A DNA stretch of 64,000 bases from an uncultured bacterium (lineage in GTDB: Bacteria; Patescibacteriota; Microgenomatia; UBA1400; MFAQ01), in assembly GCA_963980225.1 (NCBI GenBank), contig CAXBYW010000005.1:1235-65234 (forward strand), in the 5' to 3' direction. This document shows, in pieces, positions 19,667-28,962 of the stretch. A model generated the notes under the pieces. It was not told the DNA's origin and made no database searches. It was given only the letters and a program-made list of their open reading frames with translations. The position numbers and the translations under genes are program-made. Each line of letters opens with the position of its first letter. The first letter of the stretch is position 1.

Positions 19667-20824
19667 ATGTCTCCAAACGAACCACTAGCCTCAAAGATCC
19701 GCCCCAAAACACTAAAAGACTTTATCGGCCAAGACCATTTAGTTGGGGAAAACAAACCCCTACGCGTTGCTATCGGTAAAAAACATCTTTTCTCCATGAT
19801 TTTCTGGGGTCCACCAGGAGTTGGTAAAACCACTCTTGCTAAAATCTACGCCCGAAACTTAAATGCCGAGATTGTTGAGTTATCCGCTGTCTCTGCCAAG
19901 AAAGACGATATCCGTAAAGCCATCAAGCAGTCCCAAGGTGCTCTTCAACCTTTAGTTTTATTCTTAGATGAAATTCATCGTTTCAACAAAGCCCAGCAGG
20001 ACTTCCTCCTACCTTTTGTAGAAAACGGTCAACTAACTCTTATTGGTGCCACCACAGAGAACCCTAGTTTTGAAGTCATCTCACCTCTTCTATCTCGCTG
20101 CCGCGTTTTTATCTTAAACGAGCTATCAGAAAAAGAAATGGGCAAGATAATCACCCGCTGCGTCAAAGCCTTGCCGGTCAAGATTACTATAAACAAAAAA
20201 GCTAAGGACTGGTTATCAGCTATGGCTAATGGCGACGCCAGGCAAGCAATAACCATGATAGAGAACACATTTAATCTCTATCAGTCCCTCAAGATAGAGG
20301 ATCTAAAAAATACTCTTCAGTCTAAGCACCTGCGTTTCGACAAAAAAGGTGAAGAACACTACAACACTATCTCTGCTTTTATAAAATCCATGAGAGCCAG
20401 CCAACCAGATGCTGCCGTCTACTACTTGTCTCGCATGATCGACGCTGGCGAAGACCCCCTTTTTATTGCTCGTCGCATGGTCATCTTTGCTAGTGAAGAC
20501 ATCGGTCTAGCCCAACCCACTGCCTTGGTCGTAGCTAACGCCGTCTTCAAAGCCTGCCAGGTAATTGGTTACCCGGAGTGTGCCATTAATCTAGCCCACG
20601 GTGTCACTTATCTATCTAATGCCAAAAAAAGCCGCTCTTCCTATAACGCCTTACGTTCGGCCCAGAAAGATGTCAAAAGCCATGGCAACCTATCTGTTCC
20701 ATTAGAGATTAGAAACGCCCCCACCGAGTTAATGGAAAAAGCAGGTTATGGTAAAGGTTACGACCCTTATACCAAAAAATCTCTTCTCCCAGAAAAACTT
20801 GCCAACAAAAAATACTTAAAGTAA
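19667..20824 (+). CDS. rarA: Replication-associated recombination protein A
   Basis: GPPGVGKT, DEIHRFNK, GATTENP, SEDIGLA. Confidence 0.96.
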   Translation: MSPNEPLASKIRPKTLKDFIGQDHLVGENKPLRVAIGKKHLFSMIFWGPPGVGKTTLAKIYARNLNAEIVELSAVSAKKDDIRKAIKQSQGALQPLVLFLDEIHRFNKAQQDFLLPFVENGQLTLIGATTENPSFEVISPLLSRCRVFILNELSEKEMGKIITRCVKALPVKITINKKAKDWLSAMANGDARQAITMIENTFNLYQSLKIEDLKNTLQSKHLRFDKKGEEHYNTISAFIKSMRASQPDAAVYYLSRMIDAGEDPLFIARRMVIFASEDIGLAQPTALVVANAVFKACQVIGYPECAINLAHGVTYLSNAKKSRSSYNALRSAQKDVKSHGNLSVPLEIRNAPTELMEKAGYGKGYDPYTKKSLLPEKLANKKYLK

Positions 20825-20863
20825 CTCTTGACAGGGCTCTCACATTTTTGATAACTTGCCAAC

Positions 20864-21076
20864 ATGGTTAAAGCAGAAGGGCCTAACGGTCATCATCATC
20901 CAGACTGTATTATTCGCGAAGACAACACAGTTGTTTCTTGGGATGAGGCAACAGAAGAAATGCAAAACGAATGGTTAGAACAAAATACCCAAGGGAAAAA
21001 GAAGAATGGTAATCCAGACAAGGGTAATGGTAAAGCTCAAAGAAAAAAGAAGCGACGATCTAACTCTCGATCTTAA
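20864..21076 (+). CDS. Small hypothetical protein with basic tail
   Basis: 70-aa ORF preceded by TTGACA...TGaTAACTT, consistent with a leaderless promoter. Confidence 0.6.
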   Translation: MVKAEGPNGHHHPDCIIREDNTVVSWDEATEEMQNEWLEQNTQGKKKNGNPDKGNGKAQRKKKRRSNSRS

Positions 21077-21092
21077 TCAAGAATATATAAAA

Positions 21093-22073
21093 TTAGATTG
21101 ATGCATTGGGATATTTTTTAGCTACCTGTTCAGCTACCCAAGGGTAGTGAATCTTAATTCCTTGTTTAAGACTATATTTAGGTTTCCATCCAGTAGTGTA
21201 GATCTGCTTATTACTAAAATTCCTAGATATAACTCCCACCGCTCCTTTAACATGTTTAATTTTTAGTTTTTTACCAGAAACAGCAATGATCGTTTGGGCT
21301 AGTTCATCAACCGTTACATACTGAGCACTACCAATATTAGTGGGCTGATCAATGTTTGATTTCATTAAAGCCCTGATGCCAGCTAGTAAGTCATCGATAT
21401 ATGTAAATACTCTAACAGCTTTTCCATTTCCCCAGACTTCGACAGATCCACCTTCTTTTGCTAAAGCAACTTTTCGGCTGATAGCATCGGCAGCTTTTTC
21501 TCGACCACCTTCCCAGTTCGACTCGGGACCATAAGTGGTCTGAAATCTGGCTATCCTGACGGGCATACCATACTGTTTACCATACACCTGAAGCATTCGT
21601 TCAGAATATAATTTTTCCCAACCATACTCATTTTCTGGAAAAGCAGGGTAAACATCCTTTTCTTTTATAGAAGGATGTCCAATCTTCATATCTTTGTAAA
21701 CACAAACAGAAGAGGAGAAGAAAAATTTAGGTTTTTTCTTCAACTTAACTGCTTCAGAGATCATATAGACATTAATCAAAACATTGTTGTGCATCATGTC
21801 GCATGCTCCTGGCACCATATAACCGGCACCTCCTCTGTCAGCAGCTAGTTGATAGACCTCATCGAAGCCACCATATACTTTCAAAGCTTTGGTGCAGTTT
21901 TTTTTAATACGAAGATCAAGGATAGCAAATTCATCGGCAGCTGTCTTAGAATATTCTGGGCGTTTAATATCAACACCTCTAACCCAGCAACCTTCTTTCT
22001 TTAAAAGTTTAATTAAGTGGGAACCAACAAATCCTCCAGCACCAGTGACTAAAACTCTTTTCTTTTTAGACAT
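21093..22073 (-). CDS. NAD-dependent epimerase, GDP-mannose 3,5-epimerase-like
   Basis: TGAGGFVG, QLAADRGGAG, SSVCVY, YGWEK, GGREKA. Confidence 0.88.
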   Translation of the reverse strand: MSKKKRVLVTGAGGFVGSHLIKLLKKEGCWVRGVDIKRPEYSKTAADEFAILDLRIKKNCTKALKVYGGFDEVYQLAADRGGAGYMVPGACDMMHNNVLINVYMISEAVKLKKKPKFFFSSSVCVYKDMKIGHPSIKEKDVYPAFPENEYGWEKLYSERMLQVYGKQYGMPVRIARFQTTYGPESNWEGGREKAADAISRKVALAKEGGSVEVWGNGKAVRVFTYIDDLLAGIRALMKSNIDQPTNIGSAQYVTVDELAQTIIAVSGKKLKIKHVKGAVGVISRNFSNKQIYTTGWKPKYSLKQGIKIHYPWVAEQVAKKYPNASI

Positions 22074-22154
22074 AAACTGAAAATTAATTGACTAACAAAA
22101 TATCATTATAGTACAAGAGAAGGGGTATTGTTTTAAAAATTATTACAATAACTT

Positions 22155-22799
22155 TTAATCAAGAATCACCCACATATTTTTTTTACTCGCATCAAGTTCT
22201 ATCTTCACACTCTTCCATCCAGCCTCAGTTAAGACACTTTCCCAGTATTTTTTCCCTCCAGCAAAATAGAATCTTTTTAAACCGGTGTTAGTAAACGGAA
22301 TTTCTATCCATCTTATATTAGTAAGTTTTAATTTAAAGTTTTTAAGGTGTTCACTCCAAAACTTTTTCTGCCACAAGTTCCAAAAGGAGACATATATTTT
22401 CCCGTCCCTTTTAAGATGTTGCTTCATTTTCTTTAAAACATAGACTTGTTCTTTCCTATTTGGTAAATGGTGAATCACTGCGACCGCAAAAATCTTGTCA
22501 AACTCCCCTAAATTTTTCCAGGTGTTTTCTTTAGTGATATCTCCAGTAATAAATTTATACTTTTTCCCCTTATATCTTTCCTTTGCTATCTTGGTTAACT
22601 TTTCAGAAAAATCGATTCCTGTATAATCAACATTTACTCCGATACCTTGGAGTAATCTGCCCTCGCCGCAGCCAACATCTAACACTGAGTCTTTACTGGA
22701 AACTTCGCCACTCCACTTTTTCATCTCCGGCCACAAAGACCTTGGCCTAAGGTAATACTTACTAATATCGTTATATACTGTCTTCAAATTATTTATCAT
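22155..22799 (-). CDS. Class I SAM methyltransferase, Trm9/ALKBH8-like
   Basis: VYNDISKYY..R..WPE, VLDVGCGEGR, AVAVIHHL, GKIYVSFW; start ATG 22799. Confidence 0.8.
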   Translation of the reverse strand: MINNLKTVYNDISKYYLRPRSLWPEMKKWSGEVSSKDSVLDVGCGEGRLLQGIGVNVDYTGIDFSEKLTKIAKERYKGKKYKFITGDITKENTWKNLGEFDKIFAVAVIHHLPNRKEQVYVLKKMKQHLKRDGKIYVSFWNLWQKKFWSEHLKNFKLKLTNIRWIEIPFTNTGLKRFYFAGGKKYWESVLTEAGWKSVKIELDASKKNMWVILD

Positions 22800-24345
22800 G
22801 AAAAGCCTAAAAAATATAATACAAAGGGATTTTACTAAACTTGGCGGACAAAGTTTGGGAAGACTTAAACGTATCTGGGCTAAAGAGATCGGCTTTATTC
22901 CTAAAAACTCCCAAGTTCTCAAGGCTTACAACCAGTTAATAAAGAGTAAAAAAATAAGACCTCTCCTTGATCTAGGTTCATTTTTAACTACTAGAAAGAC
23001 AAGAACTCAGTCTGGGGTAGCTCCTATGGCCGTCATGACTATGCCCTTTGCCTGTCCAGGTAGATGCATCTTCTGTCCCTTAGAAAAAGGTATGCCTAAA
23101 AGCTATTTATCCGATGAGCCGGCTGCTCAAAGAGCCAAGAAAGTAAACTTTGACCCCAAACTACAGATAAAATCCCGTCTTAAACAACTGGCTGCTACGG
23201 GACACACCACAGACAAAATAGAGATCATTGTGATTGGTGGAACTTTTTCAGCTTATCCTAAAGAATATAAAATCAAGTTTTTCCAAAGTATCTTTGAAGC
23301 GCTAAATGGTAAAAAATCTAAGTCCTTGGAAGAAGCTCAGTTTGTAAATGAAACAGCCAAACACAGAGCTGTCGGCATCAGTATAGAAACCAGACCAGAC
23401 TGGGTTACCAAAGACGAAATAAAACTCCTAAGAAGACTCGGGGTAACCAAACTTCAGCTAGGTGTTCAAGCTCTAGATGAGAAAATATTAAAGAAAATCA
23501 AAAGAGGTCACTCTCTAGAGCCAGTCGCCACTTCTACTAGACTACTAAAAAACTCAGGTTTTAAGATCTGCTATCATTTTATGCCCAATTTACCTGGCTC
23601 CACCCCCAAAAAAGATATTAGTATGGCTGCAATGATGTTTGAAGATAAGCGTTTCAAACCAGACTACCTAAAAATATATCCAGTTCAGGTCATTCCCACT
23701 ACTGAGTTACACACACTTTTTAAGGCTGGTAAATTCAAAACTTACACAGACAAGTCTCTAAAGAATGTCCTAAAAAGCATCAAAGAAATTACTCCACCAT
23801 GGGTAAGGATAGATAGGTTAGTTAGAGATATTTCCAGGCAATGGGTGAGTTCTGGAACTTTAAAAACAAATATTCGTCAGATTATCCAACAAGAATTAAA
23901 AGAAGAAGGAAAAACCTGTCAGTGTATTCGTTGCCGAGAGATTAAAGACGGTCTCCATAGTCAGTCTCCTAAACTAAAGGAAATAATAATCGATACATTA
24001 GGCGCCAAAGAACATTTTTTAAGCTTTGAGGATAAGGGAAATCTATATTCTCTACTTCGTTTGAGACTACCAGACAAAGACCAGCAAGTTCTTTTCCCAG
24101 AACTTGAAGGTGCTGCCATTATCCGTGAAGTTCACACCTTTGGTTCTGCATTAGCTTTAAAAGAACGCCAGTCGGCAGAGGCTCAACATAAAGGTTTGGG
24201 TAAAAAATTAGTCAGTAAGGCAGAGAAAATTTCTAAAGAAAAGGGTTTTAAAAAACTTGCCGTTATCTCTGCTGTTGGAACAAAAAAATACTACTCAAAA
24301 CTTGGGTTCAAAAAAGACGGTCTGTATATGACTAAAGATATATAA
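22798..24345 (+). CDS. elp3: Elp3-like tRNA uridine(34) acetyltransferase (radical SAM + GNAT)
   Basis: RTQSGVAP, CPGRCIFC, PKSY, GGTF, ETRPD, PDYLKIYP, CQCIRCRE, QHKGLG. Confidence 0.93.
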   Translation: MKSLKNIIQRDFTKLGGQSLGRLKRIWAKEIGFIPKNSQVLKAYNQLIKSKKIRPLLDLGSFLTTRKTRTQSGVAPMAVMTMPFACPGRCIFCPLEKGMPKSYLSDEPAAQRAKKVNFDPKLQIKSRLKQLAATGHTTDKIEIIVIGGTFSAYPKEYKIKFFQSIFEALNGKKSKSLEEAQFVNETAKHRAVGISIETRPDWVTKDEIKLLRRLGVTKLQLGVQALDEKILKKIKRGHSLEPVATSTRLLKNSGFKICYHFMPNLPGSTPKKDISMAAMMFEDKRFKPDYLKIYPVQVIPTTELHTLFKAGKFKTYTDKSLKNVLKSIKEITPPWVRIDRLVRDISRQWVSSGTLKTNIRQIIQQELKEEGKTCQCIRCREIKDGLHSQSPKLKEIIIDTLGAKEHFLSFEDKGNLYSLLRLRLPDKDQQVLFPELEGAAIIREVHTFGSALALKERQSAEAQHKGLGKKLVSKAEKISKEKGFKKLAVISAVGTKKYYSKLGFKKDGLYMTKDI

Positions 24346-24353
24346 TTTAAATT

Positions 24354-24893
24354 ATGAAAAGAACAAATCTACCAGTGAGAGAAATTATATTTGGCCTAGA
24401 AGACGGAATAGTTTCAACTTTAGGGGTGTTAGTTGGTATAGCTACAGGTACAAACAATAAGTCTCTTGTCATTTTGTCAGGCTTGGTTGTCATCTTCGTA
24501 GAGAGCCTTTCAATGGCCGCTGGTACCTATTTATCAAACAAGTCCCAGCAAGAGATTCACTTAGCTGAAGATAAAAAATTTCCACTCAAATCTTTGTTCC
24601 ACAGACACAAACCAGGCCTGCCAGTAAAAGAATCAGCTTTTATGGGGGTATCATATATTTTAGGAGGCTTAGTTGCACTTACTAGTTTCTTAATTCTCCC
24701 AGTGGGTATCGGGGTGATATCAGCTGTTCTAACTTCATTTGTCTTTCTATTTACCATTGGTTTTGTAAAAGGCAATCTAGCTCAGATCAGCTCTGTAAAA
24801 TCAGGCCTAGAGATGGTCCTAGTTTCTGCTTCGGCATCCTTTATTGGTTACATAGTGGGTAAGCTTGCCTCCACTTTATTAACCACGCTATAA
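24354..24893 (+). CDS. VIT1/CCC1 family transporter
   Basis: REIIFGLEDGIVS, SMAAGTYLS. Confidence 0.9.
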   Translation: MKRTNLPVREIIFGLEDGIVSTLGVLVGIATGTNNKSLVILSGLVVIFVESLSMAAGTYLSNKSQQEIHLAEDKKFPLKSLFHRHKPGLPVKESAFMGVSYILGGLVALTSFLILPVGIGVISAVLTSFVFLFTIGFVKGNLAQISSVKSGLEMVLVSASASFIGYIVGKLASTLLTTL

Positions 24894-24897
24894 AATA

Positions 24898-25347
24898 ATG
24901 ATTGCTGTAATCCAAAGAGTCTCAAATGCCAAAGTAAAATCACTAGAAACAGACAAAGAAAGCAAAATTGGTTCAGGTATGTGTATTCTTTTAGGTGTTG
25001 CCCAAGATGATCAAAAAGAAGATTTAGCAAAAATTGTAAAAAAGATTACCAACATTAGAATCTTTAAAGATAAAGACAATAAGATGAACTTAAGTCCTCA
25101 AGAAGCAAAAGCAGAGGTATTACTCATCTCTCAGTTCACTCTACTAGCCAACTCAAAAAAAGGTAACCGACCTAGTTTCATCAAAGCCGCCAAGCAAGAA
25201 AAAGCAGAGTCAATGTATAAAGAGGTGATAGAGACTTTAAAAGAAAATGGTTTGGTAGTAAAGACAGGTTTTTTTGGCCACTACATGGAAATCGACCTAA
25301 AACTAGACGGTCCAGTTACAATAAGCTTAGATTCAAACAAACTATGA
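24898..25347 (+). CDS. dtd: D-aminoacyl-tRNA deacylase
   Basis: VIQRV, SQFTL, KGNRPSF, DGPVT. Confidence 0.96.
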   Translation: MIAVIQRVSNAKVKSLETDKESKIGSGMCILLGVAQDDQKEDLAKIVKKITNIRIFKDKDNKMNLSPQEAKAEVLLISQFTLLANSKKGNRPSFIKAAKQEKAESMYKEVIETLKENGLVVKTGFFGHYMEIDLKLDGPVTISLDSNKL

Positions 25348-25802
25348 AAAATTTCATCAAAAAATTAATTCTCTGTCTTGGTCTCACATCAATCTTTCTA
25401 CTCCTCATTCTTTTTAATCTAAAAAAAGCACAAAGAGATATTGCCCAGTCAACACAACCCTTATACAAAATATCTTTGATCAACCCCACTTTGAATGCAT
25501 CTGCTGACGAACCAATAGAGTTTTCTTGGGACATACAGGCCCCAGACACCGCTATTTCTCCCAGTACCACAATATACTATGGCCACGTGAGTTCTCCCAG
25601 TGCTTTAACCACAAATGACTCACCTCAAGCAGTCGGTTACCCTTACAAACTAACAGATTATTTAAATGGTAGTTTTTTTCTACCAGACACGTTCTCCACT
25701 AGCGTAAACTTATTACCAGGTACTATTTTTTACAGAGCCTACGCCAGGGTCGGTAATCAACACTTATGGTCAAGTGAAACCAAACTGGTAATCCATAAAT
25801 AG
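25344..25802 (+). CDS. Membrane-anchored hypothetical protein (beta-rich)
   Basis: N-terminal TM, YRAYA motif; ATGA overlap with dtd. Confidence 0.7.
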   Translation: MKNFIKKLILCLGLTSIFLLLILFNLKKAQRDIAQSTQPLYKISLINPTLNASADEPIEFSWDIQAPDTAISPSTTIYYGHVSSPSALTTNDSPQAVGYPYKLTDYLNGSFFLPDTFSTSVNLLPGTIFYRAYARVGNQHLWSSETKLVIHK

Positions 25803-25811
25803 CAAATAACT

Positions 25812-25916
25812 ATGTCTAAAAAAAAGTTCTCATTTTTTCTTTTCTTTTTGATCCTGCTTCTTACTATTTTAGTCACGATTTTACTTGGTGTCAGAGCCGT
25901 CAGATTAGCAAACTAG
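25812..25916 (+). CDS. Small single-TM protein (34 aa), absent from the ORF track
   Basis: MSKKKFSFFLFFLILLLTILVTILLGVRAVRLAN fills the gap before lon. Confidence 0.55.
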   Translation: MSKKKFSFFLFFLILLLTILVTILLGVRAVRLAN

Positions 25917-25940
25917 CCCTTGATCTGCTAAAATACTTTC

Positions 25941-28310
25941 ATGTTAGATTCGAAAGGTAAAACAATCAGAAACCCAGTTAACCTGGTGCCTCTAATTACT
26001 CTGAAAGAAGGGGTTATCTATCCTCAAACCGAAGCCATATTAGCTTTTGGTCGCGAAACCTCAATTATCGGCATCAAAATGGCTGTGGAGAATAGGAGTC
26101 TAGTTTGTTTTGTGTCCCAAAAAACAAAAATTAAAGAAAATCCTCAAGTTACTGACTTGTATCAAATAGGTACAGTTGCTGAGATCATCAAAACCTTACC
26201 TGTAAACAAAGAGCTCCATGCTCTAGTCAGAGGTCTATATAAAGTAAAAATTAACACCATTGAAAAAAGAGATGGATCTCTAATAGCCAGCGTCACCAAG
26301 ATTCCTGATCAATATGTGGAAAGAAAAGAGTTGATTGCTTTAACCAACCACGTAATTAATCAAACTAAAGAAGTCCTTAATCTCGGTAAAGGAAACATAG
26401 ATCCCGCCGCTTTTATAAAAATAATCAACACGTCAAATCCAATCAGTATCTCTTACCAGGTCGCCTCAACTCTTACTTTAAAAAATGATCAAAGACAAAA
26501 ACTTTTAGAAGAGAACAATTTAGAGAAGCGCTTAATGCAGATAGGTGAGTACCTAGGACAAGAGATAAAGATTCTTCAGATAGAACAAAAGATTGCCAGT
26601 AAAACTCAAAAGAAATTTGATAAAAACATGCGAGAAAATGTCTTAAGAGAGAGAATGCGCACCATTCAAAAAGAGTTAGGTACAGGTAAAGAAGATAACG
26701 ACATAAAAGAACTAAAAGATAAAATCAAACAAGCTAAGCTCCCAGAAGACATAAATGAAAAAACACTCAAAGAGCTTGGACGTCTAGAAAAAATCTCCAT
26801 TCATAGTCCAGAATCTAGTTACATAAGAACCTGGATAGAGACAGTTACTGAGTTACCTTGGAACAAATTAAGCAATGGTACTTATTCAATCGAAAAAGCA
26901 GAAAAAATATTAAACAGGGACCACTACGGCCTAGAAAAAGTCAAAGAAAGAATTCTAGAGTACATTGCGGTTTTAAAATTAAGAAGCAAAAAACAAAAAA
27001 AGAAAACTAAGAGTGAAAGCTCCTTGCCTACGATTCTTTGTTTCGTGGGACCACCTGGTGTAGGTAAGACATCTGTTGGTAGATCCATAGCCAAAGCCGT
27101 GAATAGAAAGTTCGTCAAGATGGCTTTAGGTGGAGTCAGAGATGAAGCAGAAATAAGAGGTCACAGACGCACTTACGTTGGTGCTATCCCCGGTAGAATA
27201 ATCCAGTCAATTAAAGAATCCGGCAGTAGCAACCCAGTATTCATGCTAGATGAGCTAGATAAAATAGGTAAAGACTTTAGGGGAGATCCAGCATCAGCTC
27301 TTTTAGAGGCTTTAGATCCAGAACAAAACTACGCCTTTAGAGACCATTACTTGGACATTCCCTTCGATCTATCCAAAGTTCTCTTCATAACCACCGCCAA
27401 CGTCCTCGACACCATTCCTCCAGCTCTAAAAGACAGGTTAGAAGTTATCCAGTTCACTGGCTACACAGAAGATGAAAAATACAACATAGGTAAAAAATAC
27501 TTAGTTCCTAAACAGTTAGAAAATCATGCTCTAAAAAAGAAGGATATAAAAATTCCTGCAGATACTTTAAGAACAATCATCAGCCAGTACACCAGAGAAG
27601 CAGGAGTCAGAAACCTAGAAAGAGAGATAGCTGCCGTTTTAAGAAAAACAGCCAAAATTAAGGTTAGTAAAAAGTCTTTCCACCCCATCACATTGACCAA
27701 GCAAAAACTAACAACTTTCTTGGGTCCAAGAAAATACAACTACACCTTAAAAGAAAAAGATCTCCAGCCGGGAATTGTCACTGGACTTGCATACACTCAA
27801 ACAGGTGGAGATATTCTTTTGATAGAAGTTGCCATTATGCCAGGTAAAGGTAGGATTAAATTAACAGGGCAGTTAGGTGATGTTATGAAAGAATCAGCTC
27901 AAGCTGCGTACTCATACGTTAGATCTCATCAAAAACAACTAGGAATCACCCAGAAAATGATCTCTACTTCAGATATCCATATCCACGTTCCAGAAGGAGC
28001 TGTTCCTAAAGATGGGCCTTCTGCTGGATTAGCGATAACCACCGCCATTATATCTGTTTTCTGTAACGAACCAGTCAAAAAAGATCTTGCCATGACTGGT
28101 GAGGTGACCTTAAGAGGTAGGGCCTTAGAGATTGGTGGGGTAAAAGAAAAAGTCATCGCCGCTCATCGAAGTGGAGTAAAAGAAATTATCCTACCAAAAC
28201 AAAACGAGAGAAACTTAATAGACGTTCCAGACAAAGTTAAAAAAGATCTTAAGTTCCACTACGTCACATCTATGGATGAAGTGGTTAAGATTGTTTTTTC
28301 CTCAAAATAA
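25941..28310 (+). CDS. lon: Endopeptidase La
   Basis: GPPGVGKTS, RGHRRTY, PKDGPSAG, IGGVKEK. Confidence 0.98.
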   Translation: MLDSKGKTIRNPVNLVPLITLKEGVIYPQTEAILAFGRETSIIGIKMAVENRSLVCFVSQKTKIKENPQVTDLYQIGTVAEIIKTLPVNKELHALVRGLYKVKINTIEKRDGSLIASVTKIPDQYVERKELIALTNHVINQTKEVLNLGKGNIDPAAFIKIINTSNPISISYQVASTLTLKNDQRQKLLEENNLEKRLMQIGEYLGQEIKILQIEQKIASKTQKKFDKNMRENVLRERMRTIQKELGTGKEDNDIKELKDKIKQAKLPEDINEKTLKELGRLEKISIHSPESSYIRTWIETVTELPWNKLSNGTYSIEKAEKILNRDHYGLEKVKERILEYIAVLKLRSKKQKKKTKSESSLPTILCFVGPPGVGKTSVGRSIAKAVNRKFVKMALGGVRDEAEIRGHRRTYVGAIPGRIIQSIKESGSSNPVFMLDELDKIGKDFRGDPASALLEALDPEQNYAFRDHYLDIPFDLSKVLFITTANVLDTIPPALKDRLEVIQFTGYTEDEKYNIGKKYLVPKQLENHALKKKDIKIPADTLRTIISQYTREAGVRNLEREIAAVLRKTAKIKVSKKSFHPITLTKQKLTTFLGPRKYNYTLKEKDLQPGIVTGLAYTQTGGDILLIEVAIMPGKGRIKLTGQLGDVMKESAQAAYSYVRSHQKQLGITQKMISTSDIHIHVPEGAVPKDGPSAGLAITTAIISVFCNEPVKKDLAMTGEVTLRGRALEIGGVKEKVIAAHRSGVKEIILPKQNERNLIDVPDKVKKDLKFHYVTSMDEVVKIVFSSK

Positions 28311-28962
28311 AAAGACCAGATATCAAAGAGAGACCTCCGGCAATTACAGCGACTGGTATACCTTGCCATTTCCAAATGATATTGTCTGGCCTAAAGTTTT
28401 CTAAAAAGACTCTAATCGCTCCATATCCAATCAAATAAGTACCAGTAATCCTGCCAGTTACCTTTTTTTGTTTTCCTACTCTCCACAAAATCACAAACAA
28501 AGTCAAGTTGAGTATCGACTCCCAAATAAACAATGGCTCTCCATTTTTCCCATAAAGCTCACCATTTGCCCAGTTGCCCAGTCGACCTATCGCTTGTGCT
28601 AACGGCATTCCAATCAACATCACATCCAATATGGCAAAACCTCTATTTTTTGTCTTCAAATTAAAAAATATTAGTCCCATCAAGCCCCCAAGTATTGCCC
28701 CCCAAATTCCCAATCCACCTTGCCAAACATAGAGAGCTCTAATAGGATTTAGTGAATATACTTCTCCCCATAAATGCACCACATGATATATTCTTGCTCC
28801 GACAACTCCACCAACTAAAGCCCACCAAAAAGCTTTCTCTACTTTCTCTTGTTCAACTCCTCTTTCTTTTGCAAATCTAAGCGACACTTGTAAAGCGCTT
28901 AGTATAGCCACTCCAAGAATCAGTCCATATAAGTGAAAATCAAAACCACCAAGACTAATCAT
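28285..28962 (-). CDS. lgt: Prolipoprotein diacylglyceryl transferase
   Basis: GARIYHV, WQGGLGIWG, QAIGRLGNWANGELYG. Confidence 0.93.
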   Translation of the reverse strand: MISLGGFDFHLYGLILGVAILSALQVSLRFAKERGVEQEKVEKAFWWALVGGVVGARIYHVVHLWGEVYSLNPIRALYVWQGGLGIWGAILGGLMGLIFFNLKTKNRGFAILDVMLIGMPLAQAIGRLGNWANGELYGKNGEPLFIWESILNLTLFVILWRVGKQKKVTGRITGTYLIGYGAIRVFLENFRPDNIIWKWQGIPVAVIAGGLSLISGLFILRKKQS

